Origin: Bipalium vagum
Taxonomy: Eukaryota
Length of the DNA stretch: 33,909 nt
NCBI GenBank assembly: GCA_037834085.1
Contig: JBBMKC010220573.1
Span: forward strand, 1 to 33,909
Reading direction: 5' to 3'
Each line of letters begins with the position of its first letter. Positions within the stretch are counted from its first letter, which is position 1. Made by a program: the position numbers and the translations under genes. Below, in pieces: positions 10,301 to 22,870 of the stretch. Under the pieces are notes generated by a model. That model had not been told where the DNA came from and did not search any database. It worked only from the letters and a program-made list of their open reading frames with translations.

Positions 10301-12094
10301 TATTATATTTGGTTGGTGTAAAAAGTACACTTCCGGAGATATTATTTTGTTGTGTTTCTGTTGATTTTTCTTCTGATTAAATGTTATATCTTCATATATA
10401 AACTTAAACCTCTACTGCATAACAGTAAACTGAAAAAAATTATTAAATTTTTTTGGTTATCAAATATCGTTTTTATTATTTATTGACATAAACGACGTAA
10501 TGCTTCAAGTATCGTAAAAGTTTCCAACCTTACTTTCCAGGATCAATTCGATAACGTTCTGAAACTTGGTTCATGTCTGATTTGCAGAGAAATGATTACA
10601 GACCTTTTCAAGCATTTATTTGATATTCATGGAATATCGGATCCTTTATTGACAAAGAAATCTGTGGAGAGCGATCAATTAACATTCAGAAATGGAGTGT
10701 TTTTCAATTGTCCTCAGTGTTCTTTCACGTTCTTCTCGGAGATCGACCTCAGGAATCATATGATAACCGTAAGGAATCAATAATTTAATTTTACATTATT
10801 TTTTTCCAAATCTGTTTTCATCCCAGAATTCACAGCAAACATCAGACAATTTCACTTGAGCAACGATAACAATAATAATAATAAAATACCGAAAGTGAAA
10901 AAGAAATTTTTAAACTTAGTGATCAATTTATTGAAACTGATTGACAAAACGAAGTCATCTTTGATGTCAGTAATGTTGGAAAAATGAATTTTGTAAATTA
11001 AATATGGAATTTACTAATCTCACTTAAAATATAAGATCATCGGCGGACGAGAACTAGTGAAGGACAGCGTTTTCTTAATCTTCAAGAAAGCGGATCCTTC
11101 TTTCGTTTTAAGTAGTCTACATTGGAAAGTAACAAAATTTACCAAGTACATGGCACAATGTTGTTTATTAATTTTAAAGCTTATTATTCAAAAAAGAAGG
11201 TTCCATATTTCAAGTTCATATCTTTTTGTTAGTTTTTTGGGTTTTGAATGAAGGAAATTTTGATTGTTGATATTCATTTGAAAAAATATTAAATAATTAT
11301 CTAATTATTATTATTGGTTATCGATTAAAATTTGTAGAGATTTTTCATTAAAAATTAAAAATATTTTTGTAATGAAATTATTGAACTCAGTTGAAAAGAT
11401 TTCAGACTCAAAATTGCATATTTTAAAATTGATTTCTATTATCAATTCGCGTGAATATCTTTCGTAATGAATTTAGAATATGTTTTCTCTAAAATACTTT
11501 TTAGGAACTTGTATCTGTTTTTTAGGAATATCGTAAATTTTCATGGAGTAGGGCAGGATTTTTAAAAAAACCAAATTCATTGTCTGCTAATGAATTTTTT
11601 CTGTTTTAAAAAGTATCTGTTGACTTCTTTTCAAAGAAAATCTTTTATTCCGTTAATCATTTTTCAATGCCCAACAATCTCGATTGTTAAAAATATGTGA
11701 AATATTTTTTTTATTTCTTTCGATTTTTTTCACCTTATTGATTTTTTCCCAGTCCAAGCACCATTATCAATGTTCGAGTTGTGTCGACAAAAAGTTTTAC
11801 ATGCAGTGGGAATATATGCATCACAAATATTCTCACCACAATAACACTATTGATCTGACCTGTGAATTGTGTCCCGAAACGACGTCGACATCAACATTGT
11901 CGTCGGCAGTAACAATGAATTCTTCTGCAAACGGTGACCATGTGGCAGGTGACATAAATGAATGTGTCTTGCAAAAGACAAATGGCTTAAGGTGGGCGAG
12001 ACCCAGTGACAAAGTCCAACATTTCCTTGAAGTTCACAATTCTCAGTGTCGCGTGGTTTTGACAAGATTGGAAAACTATACAAACCAAACGTAA
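4400..12094 (+). CDS. Multi-exon C2H2/C2HC zinc-finger protein (~647-652 aa). Exons: 4400-4417, 4583-4709, 4757-4843, 4898-5243, 6442-6729 (or 6744), 9498-9831, 9947-10120, 10541-10768, 11753-12094
   Basis: All introns are GT-AG with matching phases, and the summed CDS (1944 or 1959 nt) is in frame. Fingers are completed across junctions (CVLC..HIKE|SH; CPQC..HMIT|SKH). Other fingers: CEMC..HLKMCH, CKSC..HFEEFKRC, CGLC..HLYEKH, CLIC..HLFDIH, CSSC..HHKYSHH. Branch point tactgac at 4874. The exon 5-6 junction is the least certain. Confidence 0.8.
6999..8109 (+). mobile_element. Decayed maT/DD37D Tc1-mariner element in intron 5 of the zinc-finger gene
   Basis: Imperfect TIRs TA-catggtacttaagttatctgaggacata and tatgtcctcaaataccttaagcaactg-TA. 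Transposase remnants EIARFLKVARTFIHKV, IWIPNSPD*NPLGYYAWS and SLKATILRVLPNMTQDHIIKA. Confidence 0.8.
8290..9370 (+). mobile_element. Decayed mariner (DD34D) in intron 5; boundaries approximate
   Basis: Remnants EELKAVIELDPTQT, KWVLHQ, FFESVVTSDEK and HNARLQVSKATQQKFEEFELEVLPHASYSIDLSLSD (compare HDNARPH..LPHPPYSPDLAPSD). Confidence 0.75.
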
Positions 12095-12127
12095 AAGTCG
12101 TAATATATTTTTTGTGTAGATTTTTGT

Positions 12128-12133
12128 AATAAA
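12128..12133 (+). terminator. Candidate polyadenylation signal of the zinc-finger gene
   Basis: AATAAA 33 nt after the stop, followed by a T/GT-rich tract; weak evidence in AT-rich DNA. Confidence 0.45.
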
Positions 12134-14114
12134 ACATTCATCTTTTGAGTTTGTTCTGGTTTATCTTTTATCGACAATAATGCATCGCTTGGATATGATT
12201 CACAATTCACAATTCCGTTGCTCTATTATGAGAATTTGTTGCTTTACAGTTACAATTGACGAATGATCAATAATTGTAAATTTTTATGCACCTTTTATTT
12301 TAAGCATTTAAGTACAATTTGATATTGATAGTGAATTTGGTACATTCATAAGGTCGTGGCTTGGATTATAATCAGTTAATTTGTCTAAAAGCCTGATTTG
12401 AGGACCAACAATCATTCGATATTATTTCGATTTAAGACAAAAATATTAAAATTCTCTTATAAAAATGGTAATTTTCAATACAAAATATTAAAATTAATAA
12501 ATAAAAAAATAATAAATAGAAAAGAAAGTTAAGTAATATTCAAAGAATAACATATATTCAGTTAACTTTTTATCATTCTTATATATGAATAGTGGAAACG
12601 ATATATTTTTTATTATGTAGACAAAAATCTTATTTTATAATTTCCATCCAGAATTTTAAAGTTAATTGAATTATTGTGACTAGACTTTCAAACCCAAATC
12701 TGATTTCATATTGTATATTTTTTTGTTCGACTTTAGCATGTTTGTGAAATGGTTTTGATGAGTTTCATTAGTATTGGGACGGTAACTAAGTAATTGCGGA
12801 TTATTGTAGATAAAAAACACTAAATACGAGCATAATAATAATAAAAACTTATTAAAAAAAATATCGTCTATATACGATCTTTATCATTAGTTTAAATAAA
12901 TATACAAAATATTTATTAAAAAAAATTGATTTTGACTTATAAAACTGAGAACGTTGCGTTATAAATCTGCAATTACTTAATTGCCAATCCAATAATAATT
13001 TTAAAAAGACAACTCATTTTGACTTCAGCAAATATAAAATTAGGACCTTACGGACCAAAAATATTAACTTCATAGCTACTCATCCTGCTTAAGTTTGAAG
13101 AAAACTAGCATTTAGACTTTGTTAGGCTTTTGACAGTATATTGAAACTTGACATCTTTTGAAAAAACTTTTAAATGTCAACGACTACATGGTGTTAATAT
13201 TTTTATAGAATTAATGGTTAATTTTTGAGCACGAGGATAGCAGAAATTAATTAATATATTTATTGGAATAGGAGTCTTCAAAAAATATTTCGTGATGCTT
13301 GTGTTGACAAGTGATTATATATTTAAAATAAAAAATATCAATAAACTAATTTTTTTAAAGAATGTAGAATTTGTAATATTTTTAAAGTGAGCATGAAAAA
13401 ACAAAAATACTTTGAAAAACAATGGAAAACTAAGATTTTAAAGAAAACTAAATATTAGAATTTGAGGAAATATTCAGGATTTTATTACAAATGCTTAATA
13501 AATTCTTCTAATAAAAACAGATTCAACACTTGAATGGTATTCATATTGATAAACGTTAAGAAAACTATAACGAGTTAATTGAGAATTATAATTTTTGTAA
13601 AGAAAATGTTTATTAAATAACAGCAAAATTAACTTTGCCAAAATGTTTTTTGGATTCTGAAACCTCATTTTATTTATTATTGGTGTTTAATTAAGATTCT
13701 TGGAGTTTGGTGTCTAATCGAGTGAAAGCACTTTTTGTGCTTTAGAAAATTCCCGATATTCTTCGTTTAACTGATTTCGATTGGAGATTAATTTCAAGTT
13801 ATTCTTATGACTTTTTTGTATTGGAATTTCATCAAAGATTAATTATTTATTAGTCTGGTAGTATATTATTTAATTTGTATATATTTATAAAATCTTATTT
13901 TTATATAAAATTTTATTAAAATTATTACTAGTGTTAATATAATATTATTAAATACAACTTCGAGCAAAACCGAAAATTAAAATTTCTTTTTAAAAAAATT
14001 ATGAAAAAGTTAGAAAAAACACGAAGTCCAATGAAAAATGTTCAATAGTCATGTAAACCGAAACAATATTAAACAAAAAAAGATTTTTGAGAAAAAGTTG
14101 TTTGTGAATAAATA

Positions 14115-15273
14115 TAGGTTTCGGTGCTAAAATCCGGAAAAAATTTAAATGGAGATTTTTCTAACATTAGAAATCATGGACTTTTAAAATATTTTTTGTG
14201 TAGACCGATAATTTTAATATATTAAATCGAATCGATTTAAAAATAACAAATCTGATAAAGGAATTGAAATCATTAAAACTCTTCATGCTGGAAGAACGCC
14301 CGCTGAAATAATAAAATTTTTTGGATACGTAAAATCCAAAAGTGTACAGTGTGGCAAAGAGATAAACAATTTCAAATAAATCTGAGGAGACTACTGCCAT
14401 TCCATCAAGAAAGATTCAACACAGACAGAAAACAAAAATGACTGTACAAGTTATCGCAAGAGCTAACGATATGATAAGGGAGGACCTAGAAATATCAATA
14501 CGGAAAATGGTATAAATCTTGGAAATGAACAAAAGAACAATGCATTATTTGGCTGAGAAGGATCAAATATATACCGCCTACACTCGAAAAGTTCATCAGA
14601 TATTCTCGGAGACCACCGAACTAAAAAGATTTTCCCGGTGCAAATTGCTTCTTCACTCTCTGAAACACGAAGCTTCTAGTGGCATCTGTTTTTTCTCAAA
14701 TGAAAAGTGGACAAAAGGAATGACCAGTAGCTTACTCAAAATCCTAGCTAGTGTTCATCTCATCAGTGTGGTTTTGAATAAAGGTTTTTTTTCAGAAGGA
14801 TAAAAAAATCATCATGGAGGATTATTTGAATGTTTTGATCACTACAGTAAAACTATGGATTGAAACTGTGTCTTCAGGAAGACGATATGTGTTTAAACAA
14901 GATGGTGCGTCTGTTCATACAAGTCGATTAGTAAACTGGCTTATAAACAATGTTGATGTTTTGGACAAAGGATTTATGGCCTCCTAGCAGTCCAAATCTA
15001 AACCTCCTGGAGCATCATGTATGGGGCTTAATTAAAAAACAAAAAATAAGTTAGGGCATCCTAATACCGATTCTATTCTGGTTGCTATTGATGCCGAATT
15101 TGGAATTATTAATCATGAACATCTAAAGAAAGCATGCTCGAACTTTAAAAAAAGAATTGATAAGTAATAACGGAAAACGGTGCCTATATTGAATAGTATT
15201 TTATTTTTTATTTTACTATAAATATATGTTTATCAAAAAAAATATTTTGTCCGGATTTTATCACCGCATCATG
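14115..15273 (+). mobile_element. Near full-length decayed maT/DD37D transposon
   Basis: TIR core cggtgctaaaatccggaaaaaat matches the reverse complement of attttgtccggattttatcaccg (21/23), with TA at both ends. Transposase remnants IIKTLHAGRTPAEIIKF, CFFSNEK, RRYVFKQDGASVHTS and DLWPPSSPNLNLLEHHVWG. Confidence 0.85.
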
Positions 15274-15599
15274 TATATTAAACTCACAAGAATCTGTATG
15301 TATACCGATCACGTTTTGAAAAATGACTATCATAAAATAAATCCAAAAGAATAATAATAATAATAATAATTTGGTGACCATAAACAGTGGAAAAACCTCA
15401 TCTACATAAAATCTTTGATAATCCAACAATCGATATTCAATTGTTAACTTCACATCTCAGATAGTGTAATATGTTAAATAAAAATCTAAGAATATTGTAT
15501 TTCAGAAATTGTTCTAATGAAATGTAGCTTTTTTGTAGACAATTTTGTTTCTGTAAAAATGTTGAAGGATTATATGAAGCGTTTCATTTTGGAGATTAT

Positions 15600-16063
15600 T
15601 TACTGACACTGAAATACAGTATTCAGACAGATTTGCCACACAATCGAAATATGATGTCGTCAATTTATATTGCATATTCAGTTACATCATGAGAATTATA
15701 ACTCAATTGGATTAATTTTGAATAAAATAAATTAGAAATATTATAGTCAATAGTTGATTTGTACATAGTAAATAGACTTCAAGGTTATAAGAAGGATGTG
15801 TTTTCAGTGACAATGTGACAGTAGAGCAAAATGCAACATTACATAAGATATAGGTGGTCTAATTAAATCATCTCGGACACTGGGAATCATAATGTAATTA
15901 CTTTACGACTTTTATACAAAAATAAACTTATTCTGCCACGTCATGATATCAAACTAGGAACCATGAAGCAGTTCTTTAAGCGTTGTATGGTTTAGTTTGG
16001 GGGCCCTAAATAATATTTATTTTGAAAAGGGAGTGGTACACCCGAAAAGTTTGGGAATCACTG
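15600..16063 (+). mobile_element. hAT (Charlie/Buster-like) 3' terminus with a possible internal remnant
   Basis: aaaagtttgggaatcactg (ends 16063) resembles the reverse complement of the cagtggttcccaaact hAT terminus. No left TIR found. Confidence 0.4.
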
Positions 16064-17299
16064 ATCTAAAGAATTAATGTTCAGTAAGCATGGAGGCCAC
16101 ATATCCTTTGTCAGAAATCAGAAACATTAGCCCTTAAAAAATTTTAGGATCATGGTGATCAAGTGTATCCCATGATTGATCTAACCAGTCTCATTAATAA
16201 TAAAATTACGCAATTATCTTCAACCAATTGTAGGTTGAACATTTAATCATGGGATTTACAATGATGAATAAATGCATAGTCCAAGATTTATATCCAAAAA
16301 AATGTGTATAATTTTTTAAAAATTATTTATCCATACGTAACGAGTTATTTGTTGAAATTAAATAACAAATAAAATATATTTAGACTTTTTACAGCATGAT
16401 TGTTTATATCAAATGAAGAAAAATTTGTCCTAAATCATGTACATTTTTGAATCGGGTAACACTATAATTCACACTGTCCAATGAGAATTTCAACAAGGAT
16501 CCTATCAGTTCTGGTTGACATGTTATCACCATTTTCATAAAAAATTTAGAGCATGGTCTGATCTTGAATTTTTGGTTTTATTTAATAAAGGTGTTAATCT
16601 CATGCTATAATATAAATTTGATAGTAGTCATTCCTTACTTCTCAATTTTAATTTACTTCATATTTCTAACTAATTAATTCATGGGATAGAGACTATAACT
16701 TACTGTTTATAATATTTGGCTGACCTATTTTGACTTATTTATAAAGGGAAATTGAGCAAGGATTCTGTTTTCATTATTAAAACCCAAACTTCGAACATTT
16801 CTCCAAATGTGCTTCTGAGAATCTGATTCTCGGTATACCAAATGTCCAAATTTTCGTGGGATTTTGTCGGTGCATTTTGTGTTGTAAATATTGTTGTCAC
16901 CGATTTAGATGTCTTTAAATATCATTGATGGTTCTAGATGTTGGATTCTGTTGTACAATTAAAAGCTTTTGTTAAAAATTGATGATTTGTTGACAAGAAT
17001 AACGAGCCTAGTCATTTTAGGACTAGGTAATTATACCTGATCTTCCACCATTTTTAAATTTAATTCAATTAAACAATTAATTTCTTAGTTTCGTTTTCGT
17101 AATTTTTAAAAGTTTTTCTACAAAATTGAAATTTTGCCAAAATTATAAGCTTAAAATTCTGGTTACCTTGGTTTTAAATTGTTTAAATATAAATATTTAT
17201 ATTGCTACTAATAATATTTTTATAGAAATTTTTATATAAAAATAAGAAATTACATAATCTTTAAGTTCTTTATTAAAATTATAAAATATAATATTTTTC

Positions 17300-18320
17300 A
17301 CAGTTTGGGCGCACCCAACACATATTTTCCTTTATTATTGTTAGTATTTGAATATAAATCAAGCACCGTAAATGAATCCATATTCTTTTGATTAATAATA
17401 CAGAGTAACATTAAGATGTATTAAGTTTCAACAGTAAAATACGAAAAAATCAATGCTAATCACAAAATATTTCACAATCAACTATAAGTTAATCGACGCC
17501 CTCCTAGTCGAATCCACAAAAAGTCTAAATCATCTCAAATATAGTAACAGTGCGTTCCATTTCAAACATTTTACATGCTCGACATACGATACCTTCAAAA
17601 TAAATAAATCAAGCTACAGAAATTAAGAACGACTGATCCATAAGTCCATATATTAATATTTATAATTATATTATAAGATAAGATTATGTTTACTAATGAT
17701 GTGATTTAAAGATCATATTAAAATAAGTATTATATATAATAATAACGAACAAACTAAAGATCAATTTATTAATAACAGACAACAAAAAGGCATAAAATAA
17801 AAATGGAGTAATCTAATCGACTGGAGAATCTTGCATGGTCCTGGATCAATAACGGGTCATTTTTCACTGACAGAGCTCTACGGAACCAGGACAAGATAAT
17901 GAACCAGAACTAATAAGAAGAACTAGTTAATAGGCTAGTAATTATTAATTGTTTTTAATTTATGGTTTTACCAGAAATTCATTTATTGCTTAATCCAAGA
18001 TCTTTGATTATCTCTGACCCTGTTTCCCATTTTTGAGAGACCCGTATATATGGCATACGATAGCCAATTAGAGCTATCCCTGAGTTAAGAGCACCTTTAC
18101 CCATCAATCAAACAGGACATCAAAGAATTGCTGCCGCCTTGTAAGAAATTATTCACTGAAATTCTCAGCTCTAATTGCAGCTAAACTTGATTTCCTAATC
18201 CCAATTTTAGTCCACATCAGGAAAATTGATTTTTCCCTTAATCCCATTAGGACTTAGATATGTATAAAATTGAATTAGTCCATTCGGGCAAGAAAGAAAA
18301 GGAAAAAATATTTTCTCTAA
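17300..18320 (-). repeat. Dispersed ~1-kb repeat, LTR-like, copy A
   Basis: Its reverse complement is colinear with 30720-31500 in several blocks (ttttcc..ccgaatgg; ctttgatg.cctgtt; gctct..ggga.agct..attggct; gttccg..tgat.cagga.cc). Confidence 0.6.
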
Positions 18321-20149
18321 ATATTCGTATTCTTATTATAAATATTAATTAATGTAAAACTATTATTATTTATGCTCACATTATTGTTTATCCATAGTCC
18401 AATTGCTGTCTTTTGACATTTCCTGTTACCTACAATTTTTTCATTTGTATCTTCTTTGTGTGTTCTTTATAAGACAAAGCGCCATCTTCAACCAGTTTAA
18501 TTTAGTATAATCTCTTCTGGTTTAACTGATGAATTGATCTCTTTTACCTTTTCTCGAAATTATTTATGGTGCTTCTATGATCTTAAGAAACTTTTTAAGA
18601 TCTTATTACCAACCATTTTGCATTGGCTGACTTTTGTTAGCACTCAAACTTTTTATACCATATCCTTGATTAAGTTCAATTCATGAATATGCATTTTTGT
18701 TACATTTACATGGGACTATAAATTCAAAATTTCAACATAAAAGATCATGTTATAAAGATCAAGGATAAAGTTCTCTTTTGTTTTCTATAATCTTTAAAAC
18801 TTTAAAAAATAAAACTTAGTTTTAGTAATATTCTTACAATTTTTAATAATGCTATTAAAAAGCAAACTTTTAAAGAACAGAAATTTATATTAAAATAGAA
18901 GATAATTTAAAAATTAATTTAATTCTTATAGTTATTAATTAATAATGCCATTGGATATTTTTGCTAAATATTGTAATAGATATTAAAAAAGAAAAAAATA
19001 CAAACCAAATATAAATATCCCAGTAGTTTTATTCAGTCACCGAATTCATACCTAAAAGGGATACAGGTGATATTTTTGATAATTTGAGTGAGGTTTTCGA
19101 GTGAACGGATTTCTAAAGCAATTTCACCGTTTTATTAAAAGAACACTCATTTTTGAAAATAAAAAAAAAAGTCACATCTTTTCCTAATGAGCTTGAAAAT
19201 CTAAATTGCTGGGAGAGATAATAAACTGAGGCATGCAAGACGAGTCATCCCCATATCTCCGTTAATTTGCCTCATGAAAAGAGAATAGGGAATGAAGAAG
19301 CAAGGAAATGGAAATGTTAAAAGTGTGTTTCATCACTGTGGCGTACTACCTGGCATTTGTGATCGATAATTAGAGTATTGATTTAGTAGACTATGGAGGG
19401 AAAGTATGCTCACTGTTCTCCATCACTTGAAGATTGGAAGAAATTCATAAAAAATAATAATGCTTTTTTTCATAATCTGACACAAGAAATGTGTGACCTG
19501 ACAGAAGTACTCGACACTAAGACTTTTCTACAGGAATGTTATTTAATGAAAATTCTCTTTCGGAAAATCTTTGTCTTTCTACAGTCTCATACAAATCACC
19601 ATATAAAGGGTTTCTATAAAAATTTTCCCAAAATAAAATTATTATTCAACACCAGTTTTTTGTTTTTTTTATTTTCATAATCATTGAAATATTAAATATT
19701 TCTCTTTCATTAGATGGTTTACTTAATATATTTTCTCAACCGAGGATTTATAATTTCCAAACAAAGTCTTCATCAAATGATTAAAAAAAAGAGTAAATTA
19801 CACTTTTTAATACTAATTATTTATTTATGATAATAAGAAATAATATTTTATATTTAAAAATATCAACTGATAATTTTTATAATTGTCCAATCAAATTGAT
19901 ATAAAAATATTTTAATTGATTAAGTAATATAAATTGGTAAAAATAATAAAATTGAGAATATTTTCTTAATTTTTTTTATAATAATTTATTTTAACAAAAA
20001 TCGTAATAAATTGAATATAAAATTATGGGTTTTTCGTTTAAATTATAGAGGAAAATAGACTAAATAAAATGCTCTCTACAAATCATTTTATTTCTTAAAA
20101 TGATTTTAAACAATTGTTTTTTTATCTTAAATGAAGACAAGTAATTAAA

Positions 20150-21290
20150 AACCGATGGAAAGCGATATGTGAGGGAAAAGTTGGTTTTATTACCGAAACC
20201 GGGATTGAAAATTGTCAAGCTTTGAATTTGTTGGCAAATGCAATACTTGATTAATTAAAATTTACCATCTACAACAACAAAAACAACCAAAACAATTACT
20301 ATTACCTTTACTCCCCTGGTTCTACTTAAAACTCACCTTTGGATGCTTCTTCAACGCTGACTCTTCCTTGTTTGATCTGCTGTTTGCATTTGTTTGATTT
20401 CCTGCTCTTATGGAATTTCTTTCATCATTGCTCTAATTCCATTGTAATTATAGTTTCTTCTGGGTTTCCTTTTTTCATCTATTTCAGATTTATGTTAAAA
20501 GCAAATGTGGATGATTTGCGATTGGGAAATTTTGTGAAAATGAAGATGGTGGGGAATAAACCAAGATCACAAAAGCGATATATATATATATATGCCTACA
20601 ATGATGAGGATGGGAGAATTGATGAATATTTTATACATTAAGGAATTGTTAAAGAAAATCACAAAATTTAAATTTCTTACACTAAAATAGTTTAAAAAGA
20701 AATTGGGAAATATAAATAATTACGAATTTAAGCAAAGAATTTTTAAATATATTTTTAAAATGGAGGTTTTTATTTCTCTTTGAAGAAATTGTGAAGAAGA
20801 AAATGTAAAAAGAGTGATGTAAAAGAGATACTAAAGGACAAGATAATTATTGGAAGACCTTAAAGTTTTAATTTGAACTTTAACCATAAAAATTGAAATA
20901 TATCTAAAATTATCGAAATGTGAAATGGAAAAAAGCTTTTATTTTAAGGATATAAAAGATAGTAGCATTGAATTTCAACAAGTTTATCTTTATTATTACT
21001 GGAAAATATGAAAATATATTTAACAATTCTAATAATCTAAAGGATGTCAATTAAAAAAAAGTGTGAAAATAGTGTGAGAATCAAGCATTTTTTTATTTGA
21101 CATCGAATGACTTTTAGATGAGTATTTTAGGAAAAAATGGAAAAGTTGATAACAATATATCGTCGGTCTATAAGAGGTATTCCTCATATTCAAGAAGGAA
21201 GACGAAGTTGAACAATTCCTGCAATACATGAATAATTTGCATATGAAATTTGCGATTGAAATGAATATCATTTTCAGAAGGGTTAGTAAT
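20150..21290 (+). mobile_element. Penelope-like retroelement remnant
   Basis: 21160-21265 reads YRR..VFLIFKKEDEVEQFLQYMNNLHMKFAIEM after allowing a frameshift, typical of the PLE reverse transcriptase just after YVDD. Upstream extent uncertain. Confidence 0.6.
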
Positions 21291-21370
21291 AAAAATTAAA
21301 ATCTCAAAAATTGTATTTGTTTAACAATTCTTAAAATAAATGAAGGAATTTTAATTTTTTAAATGACTAC

Positions 21371-22340
21371 ACGAGGGTGGTTTGAGTTTTTTTGAAAGTG
21401 ACCTGGTTAATTTAACTATTAGGCAAAGATATATGAGCCATTTTAATATTTCATCTTTTAGCATATTTATATTATCATTTCCATGTGTAAAGTGCTTTCT
21501 TTAAATTACATGTTTTAATTTGACTTGATTGTAAGAAATTATAAACTTAACATGATTATAAACTTATAAAATAATAAAAAGTCAATTATAAAATAAAAAA
21601 ATTGAATATCGAAGGATTATAAAATTATTTTCCTGGAAGGATTATTAACATCAGAAATCCAAATAAAGATAGTCAAAGTATTAAAGAAAGATGTACTTCT
21701 ATTTAAACAGTTCACAAATGAGCTTTGTAGTTTCGACGTGTTTATACAAGGATTTAATATGTATCCGACACTATACACCAGAAACCAAAGCAAAATTCAG
21801 ACAATGGATAGAAGCTGATTCAAATGCATTTAAGAAAGCTTGAATTATCTCACCAACAGGGAAGATTATTGGTTCTGGATGTTTGAATGCAAAAAGAAAT
21901 TTTGCTATTAAATCACACTGACAAAAGAAAAACCATCAACTGTCAATATTATGTAAGCTTACTGGACTAACTGGATGAAAAAATTCGTGGAGAAAACCCT
22001 TTTTCTGCAAGACAATGCACCCACTTACAAAAGCTTTTTGACCATGAAGAAATTAAATGAATTGAAGTAAGACTTGCTTGGCTATCCATCCTATTTGCCT
22101 GCATCAGACTTCTTTCTTTTCCGAAACCTGAAAAATTCCTACATTTCTCATGACAAAAAAGAAGCAGTTGAAGCTGTAGATAGATATTTATGAAATTTAT
22201 TACAACCAGGGTATCCAATTGCTAGGCAAACGTTGGATTAAATGTGTTGAGCTTTGTTGAAAGAGATTTCGCCAAAATCTAATGTGATTTTTGAACAAGG
22301 TTGTTTTATTCTTTCCATTTAAAAAAAATTATAAACATTA
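21371..22340 (+). mobile_element. Decayed, internally deleted mariner
   Basis: Starts acgagggtggtttga. Remnants EYRRIIKLF/EGLLTSEIQ, TVHK*AL*FRR, KRKTINCQYYVSLLD*LDEKIRGE, LQDNAPTY and KRWIKCVEL. Confidence 0.75.
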
Positions 22341-22489
22341 CTAGTTTTAAATGTGTGTATGTAAATCTTCAAAGACATAATTAATATTACAGAATGATGC
22401 TAAATTTGATTTTACTTATATTTTACATTAAATTTGGTCTCCAAAACTTATGAGTCAAAGAACAAAATAGTAATAAGACTAGTAATAAA

Positions 22490-22870
22490 CGTATAGTTGA
22501 TTATTTTTGTTGAAGCAGAGAAACACGGTACTCAACCATCGCTTGTTGGAAATTTTTAGAATGGAAAACGGTTTTCAAGAGTGATTTGCGAATTGTGAAC
22601 AAGTATTGAATTTTGATGACAAAGTATTAGTTTAAAAAGTGAATAAACTCGAAAGATGAGTAAGGAGGAAAATAGTCAATACTTTGAAGTCTGATCTCTA
22701 GGTTTATACAACATGATGAAATTGTATCACAAGACGCGAAATGGATTGTCAATAAATCGACCATATCAGTCACATAGTAAAACGTTTCCTGTCAAAAGAA
22801 AAGACTAAGCCGATATTCTTCTTCACCCACATTACCTTCAGGATCTTTTGCATACTAACATTTTTTCAAA
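22490..22870 (+). mobile_element. Highly degraded mariner-like fragment
   Basis: ILLHPHYLQDLLHTNIF resembles VLPHPPYSPDLAPSDF; the rest is barely recognisable. Confidence 0.3.

Noticed and set aside
13640-13850. Possible minus-strand retroelement fragment
   Set aside because: Too degraded to assign.
16300-17290. Possible gag-like internal region next to LTR-like copy A
   Set aside because: No sustained ORF, PBS or recognisable motif.
19393-19680. 95-aa ORF
   Set aside because: No domain or splice context; consistent with chance or TE debris.
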